Source: a virus (Duplodnaviria; Caudoviricetes). Taken from it: 64,000 bases of DNA. The DNA lies in IMG/VR virus record IMGVR_UViG_3300029288_000129, positions 25,810 through 89,809 of that record; one strand, given 5' to 3'. Below are positions 1 to 9,658 of the stretch, one piece after another; position 1 is the first letter of the stretch; every line of letters starts with the position of its first letter. A program made the position numbers and the translations under genes. The notes below the pieces were generated by a model. It ran no database searches, had not been told where the DNA came from, and saw only the letters and a list, made by a program, of their open reading frames with translations.

Positions 1-847
1 CTTTGCGAACCACGATGCCCGGATTGAAACCGTCATGGTTGACAAGGCTCTTCTTGATCTCCTCGGCATCCGTCATGTCGGCATCATAGAAGACCTTTTC
101 TATCCACTTGCCGTTCAGGTAAACATCCCATCCGGTCTGCGGATGTCCGGCCGCTTTTGTCTTCGCCGCCGCAACCGCCGGTCTCTGCTCCTCCTCTTGG
201 TCCGGAAGCATACCCGCGTCCATCTCTTCGGCCATCTCAAGGTTCTCGTCCGTAGGCGCGTCGCTCAACTCTTCCACCGAGTCGCCGAGTTCCTTCACGA
301 TATCCATGATCTGTTCCGCGCTGTCACGGATCAGTTCAACACTCGTCTTCGCGACCTCCACGGACTGTTCCGCCTCTTCTTGAGACACCGCGTCGTCCTC
401 CTCTCCTTCCTCCGCCGCGCCTTCCTCTTGGGTCGGCAACATCTCTTCGTCGGGCGGCAACTCGATGCCCCGCTCCTCGGCCAGCAATTTCATGGCACGC
501 AGACTGAATCCGTCCATGTCCACATCGCCTAGGTCCGGCAACTGCCGTTTCGCCACGGCGGCAAAGTATCCCCGGCCCAACTCTTCGTTGAAGCGTCGTT
601 CCGCTTCCACTGGGTCTTCTCCCGGCGTGTAGACACTGTGTTCCCCCTGTCCCCCCACCGCTTCCGCTTCGGCTCTCATCGCCTCGTCTCGCCGCCGCAT
701 CGCATCGGTGCCCATGCCGCCGCGTATCGGGGCTTCGTCTATGTCGCCAAGCACCGACTCGCGTGCCTCCTCGTCTTTCACGGTCATTGCAGTCGCGCCG
801 ATCCCGTTGATCCGTTCCTGCTCTTCTTTGGTCCAAGGATTAGGCAT
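1..847 (-). CDS. Acidic hypothetical virion protein, partial (runs off the left edge)
   Basis: Not in the ORF track. I translated it from ATG at 847 (RBS GGGAGAG): MPNPWTKEEQERING...WDVYLNGKWIEKVFYDADMTDAEEIKKSLVNHDGFNPGIVVRK, open to base 1. Confidence 0.8.
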   Translation of the reverse strand, partial: MPNPWTKEEQERINGIGATAMTVKDEEARESVLGDIDEAPIRGGMGTDAMRRRDEAMRAEAEAVGGQGEHSVYTPGEDPVEAERRFNEELGRGYFAAVAKRQLPDLGDVDMDGFSLRAMKLLAEERGIELPPDEEMLPTQEEGAAEEGEEDDAVSQEEAEQSVEVAKTSVELIRDSAEQIMDIVKELGDSVEELSDAPTDENLEMAEEMDAGMLPDQEEEQRPAVAAAKTKAAGHPQTGWDVYLNGKWIEKVFYDADMTDAEEIKKSLVNHDGFNPGIVVRK

Positions 848-857
848 GGTTCTCTCC

Positions 858-1256
858 CTACTCTATAGTTACGGTTTTGACACTCAGCAATGCCGCATAT
901 ACGATGCGCATCAACTCATACTCCATGCTTTGCCGTAGCAACGCAATAAAACTGTCCCGACCCCCCTTCCAGCCCCCGTTGATTCTCGTCACCTCTTCGA
1001 TCATTGGCACGGCTCGAACATCGTTGGTGACCCAATCCAGTATCTCGTGGTGGGTCCGCGCCGTAACCAGACTATGGGCCCGCGCCTCCATGTCGCGTCG
1101 CCGCATCGTCACCGAGCCGTCGTCCCGGCCCACCGCGCCTTCCATGCCCGCGCCGATAATGTCCTGTACCGTCCCTCGTATAGTCTCGGTAAGGTTCGGC
1201 ACCGAGGCTATGGCCGAGACACAGGCCGCGAGGCGTTCCACTTGCCGTTCGTTCAC
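858..1256 (-). CDS. Hypothetical protein
   Basis: 132-aa ORF, 4-bp overlap with the upstream gene, same operon. Confidence 0.65.
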   Translation of the reverse strand: MNERQVERLAACVSAIASVPNLTETIRGTVQDIIGAGMEGAVGRDDGSVTMRRRDMEARAHSLVTARTHHEILDWVTNDVRAVPMIEEVTRINGGWKGGRDSFIALLRQSMEYELMRIVYAALLSVKTVTIE

Positions 1257-2023
1257 AGTACGATTTCTCCGCTCAAGAATTTCCGATACGCGCCTTCCGC
1301 CAGTTCAAGAAGCATCCGGGTGTTCTGGTACTCCTGTGCCGTGACTATACCCAGACTTTGTTCCGAACCTAACTTTTCTTTCCGTGCCTTGATATGGTCG
1401 AGACACGACTGAAAATAGAACCGGACCCCCGCCTGTATGTTGTATTCGGGCACATAGCGATACCGCATCGCCTGTAGGGTCTTTACCCTATACTCGTGCA
1501 TCCACTGACGGAGCCCCGCGTGGTCCGGCAGATCAATGTCCTTGATCCGTCCGTGCCCATAGTCTTCCGCTATGTCGAGGAACCCTGCGGTGATCCGTTC
1601 GGGCCGTCCATCCGCGTTGGTGCCATGCGTACCCTCTATGCGTTCGATCAGAAACTCGCGGTCGTTCCAGTCGTTATAGACATGGACATCCTCTCCGACC
1701 CGTATCGTGTCTTCACTGCTTTCCCGGACCGGCACTACCTTTTCGACATCCTGCCCCAAGAAACGGGTGGTCACCACCTTCTTAAAGGTTACATCGCCCT
1801 GCGGGGTCTCCACCGTTTCCCCCTCCATCTCGGCACAGTCGGTGTGGCCCAACTGCTCCTTCTCGACCCCGCTGGCCTCGATGACCCGAGGAGCCTGTAT
1901 CTCATCGCTACCCTCTCTTTCCTCCCCCACCTCGACACGCGGACTCTCGGACTCCGTTGTCTCAACGGCGGGCTCCATGCGGGGGTCTTCCACGACCTTT
2001 AGTTTCTTCTCTTTCTGCGCCAT
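1253..2023 (-). CDS. Hypothetical protein
   Basis: 256-aa ORF with RBS GGAGG, tight operon packing. Confidence 0.75.
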   Translation of the reverse strand: MAQKEKKLKVVEDPRMEPAVETTESESPRVEVGEEREGSDEIQAPRVIEASGVEKEQLGHTDCAEMEGETVETPQGDVTFKKVVTTRFLGQDVEKVVPVRESSEDTIRVGEDVHVYNDWNDREFLIERIEGTHGTNADGRPERITAGFLDIAEDYGHGRIKDIDLPDHAGLRQWMHEYRVKTLQAMRYRYVPEYNIQAGVRFYFQSCLDHIKARKEKLGSEQSLGIVTAQEYQNTRMLLELAEGAYRKFLSGEIVL

Positions 2024-2032
2024 CTCTGCCTC

Positions 2033-2629
2033 CTACTCGTGTTGTGCCAACTCTATGACCCGCGCCATGTTCTGGCTCAGAGCCGCCCGCGCCTCATTGG
2101 CGTTGTGACTCAGCAGGTCGCGAAACACTTTCATCACCGATGCTTCGCTCACCTCGGGTTCGTTGGCGTTTACGGTATCGATCAGGTTGCCCCATATAAT
2201 GGGATTCATCAGATTGTCGTTGGTGTTGATGCGCTGCGTGAGTTGCGCCGCCGTTACCTTCCGGGCCTCAGTCTTTGGCACCGGTGCAACGGGCTGTACC
2301 GCGTGGGTCTTCTCGTATAGAGCCACTGCGTCCCGCAACTTCGCGATGTCGAGGCTGCTCATCACCGCCGTCGATTTGGTCAACAGTTCGGCGGTGTAAT
2401 CCACGATGCTCTGCACCTCGCGGGTCCGCGCATCAATATCGACATCCCAGAGTTTGGAAACTATTTCCAATTCGTCCTGTGACAGATCCCGCATCTGGTC
2501 CTCGGTCAGGTCGAGGAACTGGTCCGTATTCATGTCTATGCCCTCAAGGGGCTTCTTCTCCCCGATCAATGACTGGGCCGCCACATCAAACATGGGGTCG
2601 CCGGGTCCGTGGATCACGCGGTCTTTCAT
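2033..2629 (-). CDS. Hypothetical protein
   Basis: 198-aa ORF with RBS GGGAGA, tight packing. Confidence 0.75.
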   Translation of the reverse strand: MKDRVIHGPGDPMFDVAAQSLIGEKKPLEGIDMNTDQFLDLTEDQMRDLSQDELEIVSKLWDVDIDARTREVQSIVDYTAELLTKSTAVMSSLDIAKLRDAVALYEKTHAVQPVAPVPKTEARKVTAAQLTQRINTNDNLMNPIIWGNLIDTVNANEPEVSEASVMKVFRDLLSHNANEARAALSQNMARVIELAQHE

Positions 2630-2639
2630 CGCTTTCTCC

Positions 2640-5600
2640 CTACAGGTTATCCATCGTGTTTTTAAGAACCTTCAACTCGTCTTTGAGCCGGTGCGCCATC
2701 ACATTGGCAAGACCCAAGGGGAGCCGCAGTTCCCGAACCTCTCGTTCCAATTCGGTGATTGATGCGCGTATCGCCTTCGGGTCCCGGCTCATCGGCACAA
2801 GGCTTGCCGTGACCCAATTCTGAGTATGGGTCTCGTTATAGATTTGCCGCGCCTTTATGCCGATCCTATCCGCTATCGGCCGCATCACCGCACCGACCGG
2901 CCCCGCATAGACGGACTTCACGGCCTGCGCCAGTGACAGCACTTTACGGGTCAGTGCTTCCACGCGGTCCCCATGACTCGTCTGTAATTCGGCTCGTGTG
3001 GCCATCCGCTTCATCTCCTGCCGTTTCTGTTTGAGGAGCCCCAAGTCTTTGACGAGGTTGCGCACCGACAATATCTTGTCTTCTTCCGTTTTCAGCAATG
3101 CCGTGGACTCCGCGAGTGCGCCTCGTACCTCATCGGCCTGCGCCTCGGTCAGCGCGATGAGCCGTCCGTCGTCGCTGAACCAGAAGTTGTCGCCGGTCCT
3201 ATAGAACTCCGAGTCTCCATGCACCGCATAGGTCTCGTCGGTCATCGGTCCCTTGGACTTGGCCACGGCAGTCCATCCTTTCTTCATCAGTCTCCGCAGC
3301 CCTTCCTCATACTCCTTTCTATGTTCTTGTTCGGGTTGACTGTATTCTTCTGTGGCCATCATTCCTTTTGTCTTTTCGACATTCTCCATGTATTGTTCAA
3401 ATGAAAGCCCGTTCTTTTTTTCGTATTCCGCCTCTTCTTTACTCAAGGAAGCCTTGACGGACTTGGCGGTGGCCGCCATGTTCTTTTTCAGAAGGTCTTT
3501 GAACATCTTCACTTCGTTCTCCGAGCGGAGGCCGATATCGTATGTCTTCTCCGTGTCGTTGTCGCCCACCACTTCGTTGGCGGCAAAAGTGACAACATAA
3601 GTGGGCTCTTCGGTCCCCTTCTGTTTCTTTATCTCGTACCCCTTGCCGATAAAAGTGACCTTGCCACGGATATTCTCCGGTAAGTCGTCTTTCTCGGTCC
3701 ATGCCTTGATACGAGAGGCCGCGACATTGGCAGACTTGGCTTTGGCGGCAATCGGCTTCCCTATACCATGCTTCTCCATGAGCCGATCCAGTTCCTTCAT
3801 CACATAGGCTTCGTCACCGTTCACGATGTTGCCACCACCCGCATCGTCGAGGAACCAAGTCAACTTGCCTCGGGTGCCGGGATACTGCTGGATATACTCC
3901 TTCTCGATGCGAAACATGACCTTCCCGTCCGGCCCCTTGATCTCGGTGACTCGTTCGGCCCGAGCCCTTTGAGCCGTCACTTTCTCCATGTTGCTCAGTT
4001 GCTCCACGCGGCGACGCTCCGTATGTCCGTCCTCGAAACGCACCAGAGCCGTCTCCTTCCCGTTCTCGGGGCTACCGAGGACATAGACCTCGACCTCTTT
4101 GCCCACGCTGGTTCTTGCCCTGTATTTTGTCGCGCCCATTGTTTCGTTTAGGTTCCAATCGGTGTGGGCCGATGCGGTGGCCCGTTGCGCCTCGACCCGC
4201 TCCAACTCGTCGGCGGTGGCCCAACTCTCGGCTGCGGAATCGTCTATGCCCTCGCCTCTGACCTCATATACGGTTTCGATCTGATCCCAATCGGTTCTCT
4301 TCGTGTCGGTATCAACTATTTCTCCCACCTTGCCTTCAAAGTATGTTCCGGGGAGAAACCGTACCGTATCGCCTACCCTAAGGAACTCCACCTTCCTTGC
4401 CTCCGTCGATCTTGTCGCGTTGACATAGTACAGTTTCCTGCCCGCCTCTTTTGCGTTGGCGGCCTGCTCTTGCGCTCTCGCTATTTCCCATTCTTCGGAA
4501 GGCACATACCAACCATAGATCGCCTCTTCGTTTCCTGTATTGGGGTTCTCCTCAATCTCATAGCCCCCCATCAAGAGCGTACCGTCTTCCGCCTGCCCAG
4601 TAAACGCCGGATTGGATGCCGCCATCATTGTTTCGGTAGGCGACATCTTGCGATACCGTTGCCCCGGCTTGAGTGACGCGGCCTTCTTGGCTCCTCTCGT
4701 CTTTGCCAGCATCGCCTTAGCCTGCGCCAGCCAGCCCTCGGCACTCTTCGCTCCGGTAGCCGACAGTTTCTTCCACAACCGCCGCGCCGCCGCAAAGTCG
4801 GGTTCCTTCCCCGTCTTATCGGCGATGCGTGCCGCGAGTTCGGCAATGCTGGTTTCACTGTTGTTCGGGTCCGCCGGATACATGATGATGTCTTCGTATT
4901 GTCCCCGCACCCAATCGTCGCTGAACCGGTCCTCGTCCAGCCTTATGGCCCTCACCGGTTTATCCATATCGATCTCGGCCCCCGGTATATTGTCCTCTAT
5001 TGATTTGGTCAGCGCGTGCTCGACACCCCACAGCACATCCTCGGTGCCATACTCGCTGTTCACCGCGTATTCGTAGGTGGCGGTGCCCTGTATCTTCACC
5101 GAGAAGTCACTCTCCACGGTCAGGCTCTCGCGATCCAACGATACGGATTCAAGCCGCATATACGCCTCGGCTCCCGCCGCATCGGTCTCTTCCTCATCGT
5201 AGCGGTAAAACCTCGTGTCGATCTGCCCCATGATATAGTCGGCAGCCCAGTCACGGAACTGGTCCTGCGCCAAGTAGCGACCCGCCACCGTCTGTGGGTC
5301 CACATTGCCTTCACAGATCAAAGTGAAGGTTGCGGTCGCTTTGGTCCCCGCCGCCGTCACTTTACGGGCCGTTGGGTTCAGGACCATCTCCCTTTTAGTC
5401 GGGTCAACCCACACCACGATGAACGCGGGCTGTCCCGGCACTTTTGAGTCGTCGATCTTATAGGCCACCCGTTCCCCGCCCTTGGTGAGCCATCCCTGCC
5501 AGTCGGCTTCGAGCCCGTACCTTTTCATGTACTCGGCCATGGCCTGTCCATCGGCTCTCCACGGGATACGGTCGGTCTGTGCGTTATTGGCGCGAGTTCT

Positions 5601-6665
5601 CATAGGCGGCTCCTTAGTTATCGTAGTTGAAGTCCGTGAGCAGGTGCGCGTTGCCTTGGCTTCCGGATTCTTCTCCGCCTTCAGTTCCTTCTCCATCGCC
5701 TCAAGGGCTTCGTAGTAATCCGCGAATTCCTTGAGGTGGTCCGAAGCGATCCACTCGGTCACCATGTCAAAGGGAGGGAACTCTCCGTTCTCGGCGTAGT
5801 ATTCCTTGATCTGGTTATAGGTGGTGCCGTGTTCCTTCTCAACGGCTGCGCCTTCCTCAACCGCCTCGGGGCTCACGCCTTCGGGCACCGCAACGGAAAG
5901 GTCGGCGGCGGCTTTGGCTTTCGCCCGGTACATCCCGAAGTCTTTGGGGTTGGTCGATCCTTTTATCTCGGGGTTCGCCTCCCACAGCGCCTCAATGCTT
6001 TCATACTTGCCGCCCGTCTTGTTGATGCGGTCAAGCAATCCATACATTTCGTCGTAGGCACGCAACTCTTCTATGTCGGCGTACACATTCTGAACCTTAT
6101 CGTGCCAAAGGGCCGTTGTCTGGTGCCTCGCACGCACGCCTGCGCGGTGGGACTTGGATGGAATCGGAAGTTTTGTTCCGTTTCCCTTGTCAGCCGTAGC
6201 ACTTTGACCAACTTCCGAATCGGAAGTTTTGGCGGCGCGGTACTCTTTGACAAGATCGGGTATGTACTTCTCAAGTTGACTCAAAGCATCCGATTCTGTC
6301 TTCCCGCCCAGATGATCAAAATATCCCATCGCGCTTCTCGGGACTCTTTTGTCGGACTGCATCTGGGTTTTAAGCGAGGATCGGCTTGACTTGACTTTGG
6401 CGGCGATTGCTTTCCGCTGAGCCGTCGCCACTTCGCCACGCATCTCCGCAAGTTTCTCCTGCCTCTCCCGAGTCTCCTTGGCGAACCGCGCCTTAAAACT
6501 GACGCGGCGATCTATTTCGTCCATGAACTGTTCCGACCCCGTTTGGTCCAACACGATGCCGAGGCCCGCGACCACGCGCCGACTCGCAACCGTTTTCTGC
6601 GCTCCCGCTACCGGACGCTGCGTTCCCATCCGTTTCGCTTCGACGCGCCGCCTCAACATGCTCAT
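2640..6665 (-). CDS. Large multi-segment protein, probably an internal head/ejection protein
   Basis: 1341-aa ORF: small globular segments (SH3/KOW-like LRVGDTVRFLPG) separated by Lys/Arg/Ala-rich linkers. Confidence 0.8.
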   Translation of the reverse strand: MSMLRRRVEAKRMGTQRPVAGAQKTVASRRVVAGLGIVLDQTGSEQFMDEIDRRVSFKARFAKETRERQEKLAEMRGEVATAQRKAIAAKVKSSRSSLKTQMQSDKRVPRSAMGYFDHLGGKTESDALSQLEKYIPDLVKEYRAAKTSDSEVGQSATADKGNGTKLPIPSKSHRAGVRARHQTTALWHDKVQNVYADIEELRAYDEMYGLLDRINKTGGKYESIEALWEANPEIKGSTNPKDFGMYRAKAKAAADLSVAVPEGVSPEAVEEGAAVEKEHGTTYNQIKEYYAENGEFPPFDMVTEWIASDHLKEFADYYEALEAMEKELKAEKNPEAKATRTCSRTSTTITKEPPMRTRANNAQTDRIPWRADGQAMAEYMKRYGLEADWQGWLTKGGERVAYKIDDSKVPGQPAFIVVWVDPTKREMVLNPTARKVTAAGTKATATFTLICEGNVDPQTVAGRYLAQDQFRDWAADYIMGQIDTRFYRYDEEETDAAGAEAYMRLESVSLDRESLTVESDFSVKIQGTATYEYAVNSEYGTEDVLWGVEHALTKSIEDNIPGAEIDMDKPVRAIRLDEDRFSDDWVRGQYEDIIMYPADPNNSETSIAELAARIADKTGKEPDFAAARRLWKKLSATGAKSAEGWLAQAKAMLAKTRGAKKAASLKPGQRYRKMSPTETMMAASNPAFTGQAEDGTLLMGGYEIEENPNTGNEEAIYGWYVPSEEWEIARAQEQAANAKEAGRKLYYVNATRSTEARKVEFLRVGDTVRFLPGTYFEGKVGEIVDTDTKRTDWDQIETVYEVRGEGIDDSAAESWATADELERVEAQRATASAHTDWNLNETMGATKYRARTSVGKEVEVYVLGSPENGKETALVRFEDGHTERRRVEQLSNMEKVTAQRARAERVTEIKGPDGKVMFRIEKEYIQQYPGTRGKLTWFLDDAGGGNIVNGDEAYVMKELDRLMEKHGIGKPIAAKAKSANVAASRIKAWTEKDDLPENIRGKVTFIGKGYEIKKQKGTEEPTYVVTFAANEVVGDNDTEKTYDIGLRSENEVKMFKDLLKKNMAATAKSVKASLSKEEAEYEKKNGLSFEQYMENVEKTKGMMATEEYSQPEQEHRKEYEEGLRRLMKKGWTAVAKSKGPMTDETYAVHGDSEFYRTGDNFWFSDDGRLIALTEAQADEVRGALAESTALLKTEEDKILSVRNLVKDLGLLKQKRQEMKRMATRAELQTSHGDRVEALTRKVLSLAQAVKSVYAGPVGAVMRPIADRIGIKARQIYNETHTQNWVTASLVPMSRDPKAIRASITELEREVRELRLPLGLANVMAHRLKDELKVLKNTMDNL

Positions 6666-7051
6666 AGGTATCCTCCATCGTTGTTGCTGTCCGTGCTTTC
6701 CGCCAGTATCTCTTCAAGAGCCTTGCGTATCATGCCGTAGTAGTCAAGAGTCCCCGTCATCATTTTGAGCAGCGTGGTGCCACTCAGCGTTTTCAGGGCC
6801 GACATTATCTGCTCGACCTCTTCCGGTGTAGCGGGCTCCATGTCTGGTGGGCCCTTCGGCGTTTCGATCCCTACCGCTTCGGCCACAACGGTTCTTTTGC
6901 GTCGCGCCAATACGAGGTTTCCGCCCTCAATACGCGATTTCCTCTTGTATCGCATCGCGCTGTGCGCTCCCTTAATGGCCTCTTCCGGATGTTCTATCAA
7001 CGCTTTTTGTATGCGTACCAGCATGTTCGGGTCGATCCGTGATCGCGGCAT
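6662..7051 (-). CDS. Hypothetical protein
   Basis: 129-aa ORF with RBS, first gene after the leftward promoter, ATGA overlap with the next gene. Confidence 0.75.
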   Translation of the reverse strand: MPRSRIDPNMLVRIQKALIEHPEEAIKGAHSAMRYKRKSRIEGGNLVLARRKRTVVAEAVGIETPKGPPDMEPATPEEVEQIMSALKTLSGTTLLKMMTGTLDYYGMIRKALEEILAESTDSNNDGGYL

Positions 7052-7083
7052 GAGGTTCTCCCTGTAAAAAAACGGCTAACCCT

Positions 7084-7150
7084 ATTCTACAAACCGCACC
7101 CCATAAATCAAGTTTTCAGTAAATAGGGGCACTTGCTATTTTTTTCGCAA
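7084..7150 (-). promoter_or_regulatory. Leftward sigma70-like promoter with upstream TTCGCAA half-site
   Basis: TTGATT (7111-7106), 16 nt, TAGAAT (7089-7084), followed by AGGGTTAG. TTGCTATTTTTTTCGCAA at 7133-7150. Confidence 0.6.
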
Positions 7151-7167
7151 AATACCGTAGATAAGTA

Positions 7168-7196
7168 TTGACACGGCGGTAAAAGTATGCTATGGT
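7168..7196 (+). promoter_or_regulatory. Rightward sigma70 promoter of the 7.2-10.35 kb island
   Basis: TTGACA (7168-73), 17 nt, TATGGT (7191-96) with extended -10 TG. Confidence 0.75.
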
Positions 7197-7235
7197 GGCA
7201 AACAGATGCTGCGAGGTGCGGCGATGGAGGCTAGA

Positions 7236-7466
7236 ATGATCACGATGGAAAAAGCCAAAGCGGTGGTGAAAAACCCCGTGTCTGTGTGGTCGCCCGACAA
7301 GACCAGCGATGGGATCGGCGATCTTATTCTGTGCATCCACGAATCGGGACGGTACATGGTCGCCTCGGCGAATGGCCGATACGCTCCGTGCCCCGCCTAC
7401 ATTAAACGCAAGGAAGCCGAAAGGTATCTCAAGGAAAACCATTACCACAAGGTTGCGGAGCGATAG
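7236..7466 (+). CDS. Hypothetical protein
   Basis: RBS GGAGG at 7226-30, then ATG at 7236. Confidence 0.6.
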   Translation: MITMEKAKAVVKNPVSVWSPDKTSDGIGDLILCIHESGRYMVASANGRYAPCPAYIKRKEAERYLKENHYHKVAER

Positions 7467-7469
7467 ATC

Positions 7470-7754
7470 ATGGGGACCAAAAGAACTGGCAAGCAAAATC
7501 TTGGTTCATATTCATATTGTCGGGTTGGCGGACACACATATATGGCAGTTCGCATGGCTGACGACTCGTGGAGTATCTTTTTCGACAAGAAAGATTCCGG
7601 CCTTTCTTTTTCGACACTCCGCGATGCAAATGAGCATATCGCTAAAAATGCCATGCGGCTTGAGCAAGACCTGCTTTTGGTGGGAACATGCATTGTTGAT
7701 GCGAAAACTGGCGAAAGAATCGACCCGATGACGGTAACGGAAGTCGCCCAGTAG
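7470..7754 (+). CDS. Hypothetical protein
   Basis: 94-aa ORF packed in the operon. Confidence 0.55.
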   Translation: MGTKRTGKQNLGSYSYCRVGGHTYMAVRMADDSWSIFFDKKDSGLSFSTLRDANEHIAKNAMRLEQDLLLVGTCIVDAKTGERIDPMTVTEVAQ

Positions 7755-7809
7755 TGGCGATGGCTCACAATAAGTGCTAGTCGCGGGCCTTAATTGCGAC
7801 AGGTGATTG

Positions 7810-8490
7810 ATGACCAAAAGAGTGATGGAACAGAAAGCGAACCGGCGGATCAGCAGCAACATGATGGTCGAGGAGTCGGAGCAACACCTTGAGGTGCTGC
7901 GTTCCTACGGTTTTCAGTTCGGCAAAAAGACGGGGAGCCGGTTCATCGCGGCCGTACACGAGATCGTCGGGATCGTGGCCAAGGAACAGATCGCTGAGAT
8001 GCTCGGGACCATTCTCGCGCTTCAACTCGATGTCAACGACCTCAATGGTCGCCTGATCGAGCAGACCGAAAAAACGAAATCGGCCGAAAACCTTTACGAT
8101 GAGATTCAGAAAAAACTGGAGGTCGTCGAATCCGACCTTTCCTCGGCCCTTGAGGCAAAAGATGTTATCGCTTCCCTTCGGGACAAAGAAATGTCTCGTC
8201 TCAACGAAGAGATCGCCGAACTCAAGGCGCGGCCGCAGATCGTGGCGGAACACAACATCACCCAGTTGGCCTCTGCCGCCAGAAAACATGCGGAAAAGAA
8301 TCCTCGCGACCAGATGGCGCAGGGTGCTTACCACGCCTACTGCCGGTGCCTCCGCCTGTGTCGCGGCGAGAGCGAACCCGAGGTCACCATGTCGATGTGC
8401 GCGGACCGGGCCGACTACGAGGCCAAGACCGCCGATGCTACTCCGATGACCGAGGCCGAAACCGTCGAAGAAACGATGAGGAGGGGGTAG
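7810..8490 (+). CDS. Coiled-coil protein with C-terminal Cys cluster
   Basis: Heptad-rich central region, YCRCLRLC...MC motif. Confidence 0.7.
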   Translation: MTKRVMEQKANRRISSNMMVEESEQHLEVLRSYGFQFGKKTGSRFIAAVHEIVGIVAKEQIAEMLGTILALQLDVNDLNGRLIEQTEKTKSAENLYDEIQKKLEVVESDLSSALEAKDVIASLRDKEMSRLNEEIAELKARPQIVAEHNITQLASAARKHAEKNPRDQMAQGAYHAYCRCLRLCRGESEPEVTMSMCADRADYEAKTADATPMTEAETVEETMRRG

Positions 8491-8493
8491 GCC

Positions 8494-8775
8494 ATGGAAG
8501 TGTCGGCAACAAAATGTATGCGCACGACGCGCAACACCAAGTTCTGTCGCGCCGGAGAACTGCTGTTTGTGCAGAGGCAAGACAACGGCATCGCGACCTG
8601 TTACCGCACCGGATTCAACTCGTTGACCGGTGGCCTGACCCGCAGGGGCAAGCCGTTCGACATCCCCGTCTCCAGTTTTGATTCGGTCGATGAAAACGCC
8701 GTTGAGCCCGACACCGAGGCCGAGATCGAGAGGGAGATGGATGCCGAGATCAGAACCGAAGCGTCGGGCGACTGA
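8494..8775 (+). CDS. Hypothetical protein
   Basis: 93-aa ORF, RBS GAGGGG, acidic C-terminus. Confidence 0.65.
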   Translation: MEVSATKCMRTTRNTKFCRAGELLFVQRQDNGIATCYRTGFNSLTGGLTRRGKPFDIPVSSFDSVDENAVEPDTEAEIEREMDAEIRTEASGD

Positions 8776-8776
8776 T

Positions 8777-9049
8777 ATGAAGAACCCATTCACGCTGTCT
8801 CCGTCTCTGTGGCGAACCATGCGTGAGTTGCCACGCCCATCCGGTGTGGTGTGTCTGGCCGCATATATTCTCGCCAACGACGGGGAAGAGGTTACTTCGT
8901 CTCGACTCGCAGAAAAGACGGGGTACAGTATCGAGACCATAAAAAAGGCGTTGCGCCCCATCTTGAAAACTGGTATTCTTGTCTCGACTCAACGGCGCGT
9001 CTGTGGACGCATCGTTGGCGTTTTTTACAGCATAGGGAGGAAACCATGA
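8777..9049 (+). CDS. Putative winged-helix DNA-binding protein
   Basis: VTSSRLAEKTGYSIETIKKALRPILKTG is HTH-like. Start moved to ATG 8777. Confidence 0.6.
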   Translation: MKNPFTLSPSLWRTMRELPRPSGVVCLAAYILANDGEEVTSSRLAEKTGYSIETIKKALRPILKTGILVSTQRRVCGRIVGVFYSIGRKP

Positions 9050-9441
9050 ACAAAGACCCGTTTCTCCGCATGATGGAACAACGCTCCGTCAACTTGTGCG
9101 ACGACTTGGTGCGCCGCATCGTGGACCTGTTTTGTCAACAGGGTTTCGTGTTGCGTAGCCGTAACCGCACATCGGGGATTCGTGTCTTTGATCATTCGCA
9201 AATGCAGGGCATCCGAGCCGTGTTCGACCCCAGAAACCATAGGAGCGGCAAGAACCGGATGCCCTGTATCGTGATAGAACGCATCACCCCCTATCTCGCG
9301 GTGGAGATAGATCGTGTCAACTTCTTCTGTCTCGACATCAGCGACCCCGATGTGATCGTGTGGGATGCCGAGGATTTTCTGGCAGCCTTTGTTTCCAAAT
9401 ATACCAACCTTTTGGAGGATCGTCATGCAACCGCTGTTTGA
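9046..9441 (+). CDS. Hypothetical protein
   Basis: RBS GGGAGG, ATG 9046. Confidence 0.6.
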   Translation: MNKDPFLRMMEQRSVNLCDDLVRRIVDLFCQQGFVLRSRNRTSGIRVFDHSQMQGIRAVFDPRNHRSGKNRMPCIVIERITPYLAVEIDRVNFFCLDISDPDVIVWDAEDFLAAFVSKYTNLLEDRHATAV

Positions 9442-9658
9442 TCTATATGTCTTGATATGGGGCATCGGGATTGTCCTTAACCTTGTCGTCGTTTGGCGAT
9501 GGCGCGATGTCGTGGAGTGGCAGAAACCGGCCGCGTGGATCCTACTCGGCGTGTTCTGTCTCATCCCCTATCTGCTGTTCGGCTTCGTCGCGCTGTGCTG
9601 GCTCGGCTGGCGGATCGGCAAACACATAGCGTCTCGACACTGGAGGAACGATGTATAG
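9425..9658 (+). CDS. Small membrane protein (2 predicted TM helices)
   Basis: Hydrophobic stretches LYVLIWGIGIVLNLVVVW and AWILLGVFCLIPYLLFGFVALCWLGW. Confidence 0.65.
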   Translation: MQPLFDLYVLIWGIGIVLNLVVVWRWRDVVEWQKPAAWILLGVFCLIPYLLFGFVALCWLGWRIGKHIASRHWRNDV